Source of the DNA: Candidatus Methylomirabilia bacterium
Lineage (GTDB): Bacteria; Methylomirabilota; Methylomirabilia; Rokubacteriales; CSP1-6
Assembly (NCBI GenBank): GCA_041496385.1
Contig: JBGQEL010000004.1
Coordinates: forward strand, 41,127 to 105,126
Direction of reading: 5' to 3'
DNA length: 64,000 nt
Position 1 is the first letter of the stretch. Each line of letters begins with the position of its first letter. The position numbers and the translations under genes are program-made. This document shows positions 63,591 to 64,000 of the stretch, in pieces. Below the pieces are notes generated by a model, which was given only the letters and a program-made list of their open reading frames with translations, did not search any database and was not told the DNA's origin.

Positions 63591-64000
63591 GCCGCCCCTT
63601 CCAGTGCCGGCAGACGGCGCGGAAGCCGCAGGGCGCGCACACCCGCGCGTCGCGCCGGTCGAGGCAATCGCCCGACATGCGCTTGTGGCACAGGGCGAAG
63701 TCGTATTTCACCGGATCGGCGGCATCGACCTCCGCGAGCCGCGCCGTGATCTCCTCGGACATCTTCCAGGTGCGCGAGCGGCGACGCGTGAGCCCGATGG
63801 CCCGCGCGATGTTCTCGATGTGCGTGTCCACGGGGATCAGCAGGCGCGCCGGCGAGACGGACGTCCAGAGGCCGAAGTCCGGGGGTTCCCGCCGGACCAT
63901 CCAGCGCAGGAACAGGTTCAGGCGCTTGCACGGCCCGCCGACCGAGGGCAGCGGGAAGAGGTGACGATAGCCCCGCGAGAGGCGCCCGCGCGGAAAGACA
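63580..64000 (-). CDS. TIGR02757/DUF2400 family protein (HhH-GPD-like), 5' end outside the window
   Basis: [35 protein letters not shown]. Confidence 0.88.
   Translation of the reverse strand, partial: VFPRGRLSRGYRHLFPLPSVGGPCKRLNLFLRWMVRREPPDFGLWTSVSPARLLIPVDTHIENIARAIGLTRRRSRTWKMSEEITARLAEVDAADPVKYDFALCHKRMSGDCLDRRDARVCAPCGFRAVCRHWKGRRDR

Overview
Very GC-rich, gene-dense window of core chromosome from a diderm (LPS-making) bacterium. Gene content and style suggest Candidatus Rokubacteria/Methylomirabilota, but that is inference. Housekeeping blocks: pyrG-kdsA-kdsD-lptC-lptA-lptB-rpoN-rapZ; xerD plus a CBS-domain tRNA nucleotidyltransferase; murJ/rpsT; leuS-lptE-holA plus a ceramidase-like gene; HNH-uvrB-uvrC; ppx; a class II ribonucleotide reductase (nrdJ, one frameshift) with tandem NrdR boxes; a TolC/MacAB-like exporter and a second TolC paralogue; nth; LLM, SDR and TPP enzymes; ABC transporters; rmuC. 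No rRNA, tRNA, CRISPR array, transposase or prophage was seen. The most notable signal is two genes that the ORF track truncates at an in-frame TGA in a UxxC context, each followed by a similarly placed hairpin. These are probable selenoproteins: a peroxiredoxin (41134-41604) and a PCYCGC-family exported protein (58437-58898). The latter ends an apparent five-gene operon with a divergent orphan GroES-like protein, an M20 amidohydrolase, a MEMO1 protein with an RRE/PqqD-like N-terminus and a DUF1285-like protein. Also seen: a sigma54 site overlapping a sigma70 -10 upstream of the lptC..rpoN operon, and repeated leaderless promoter architecture. All family calls come from motif recognition by eye; no searches were run.
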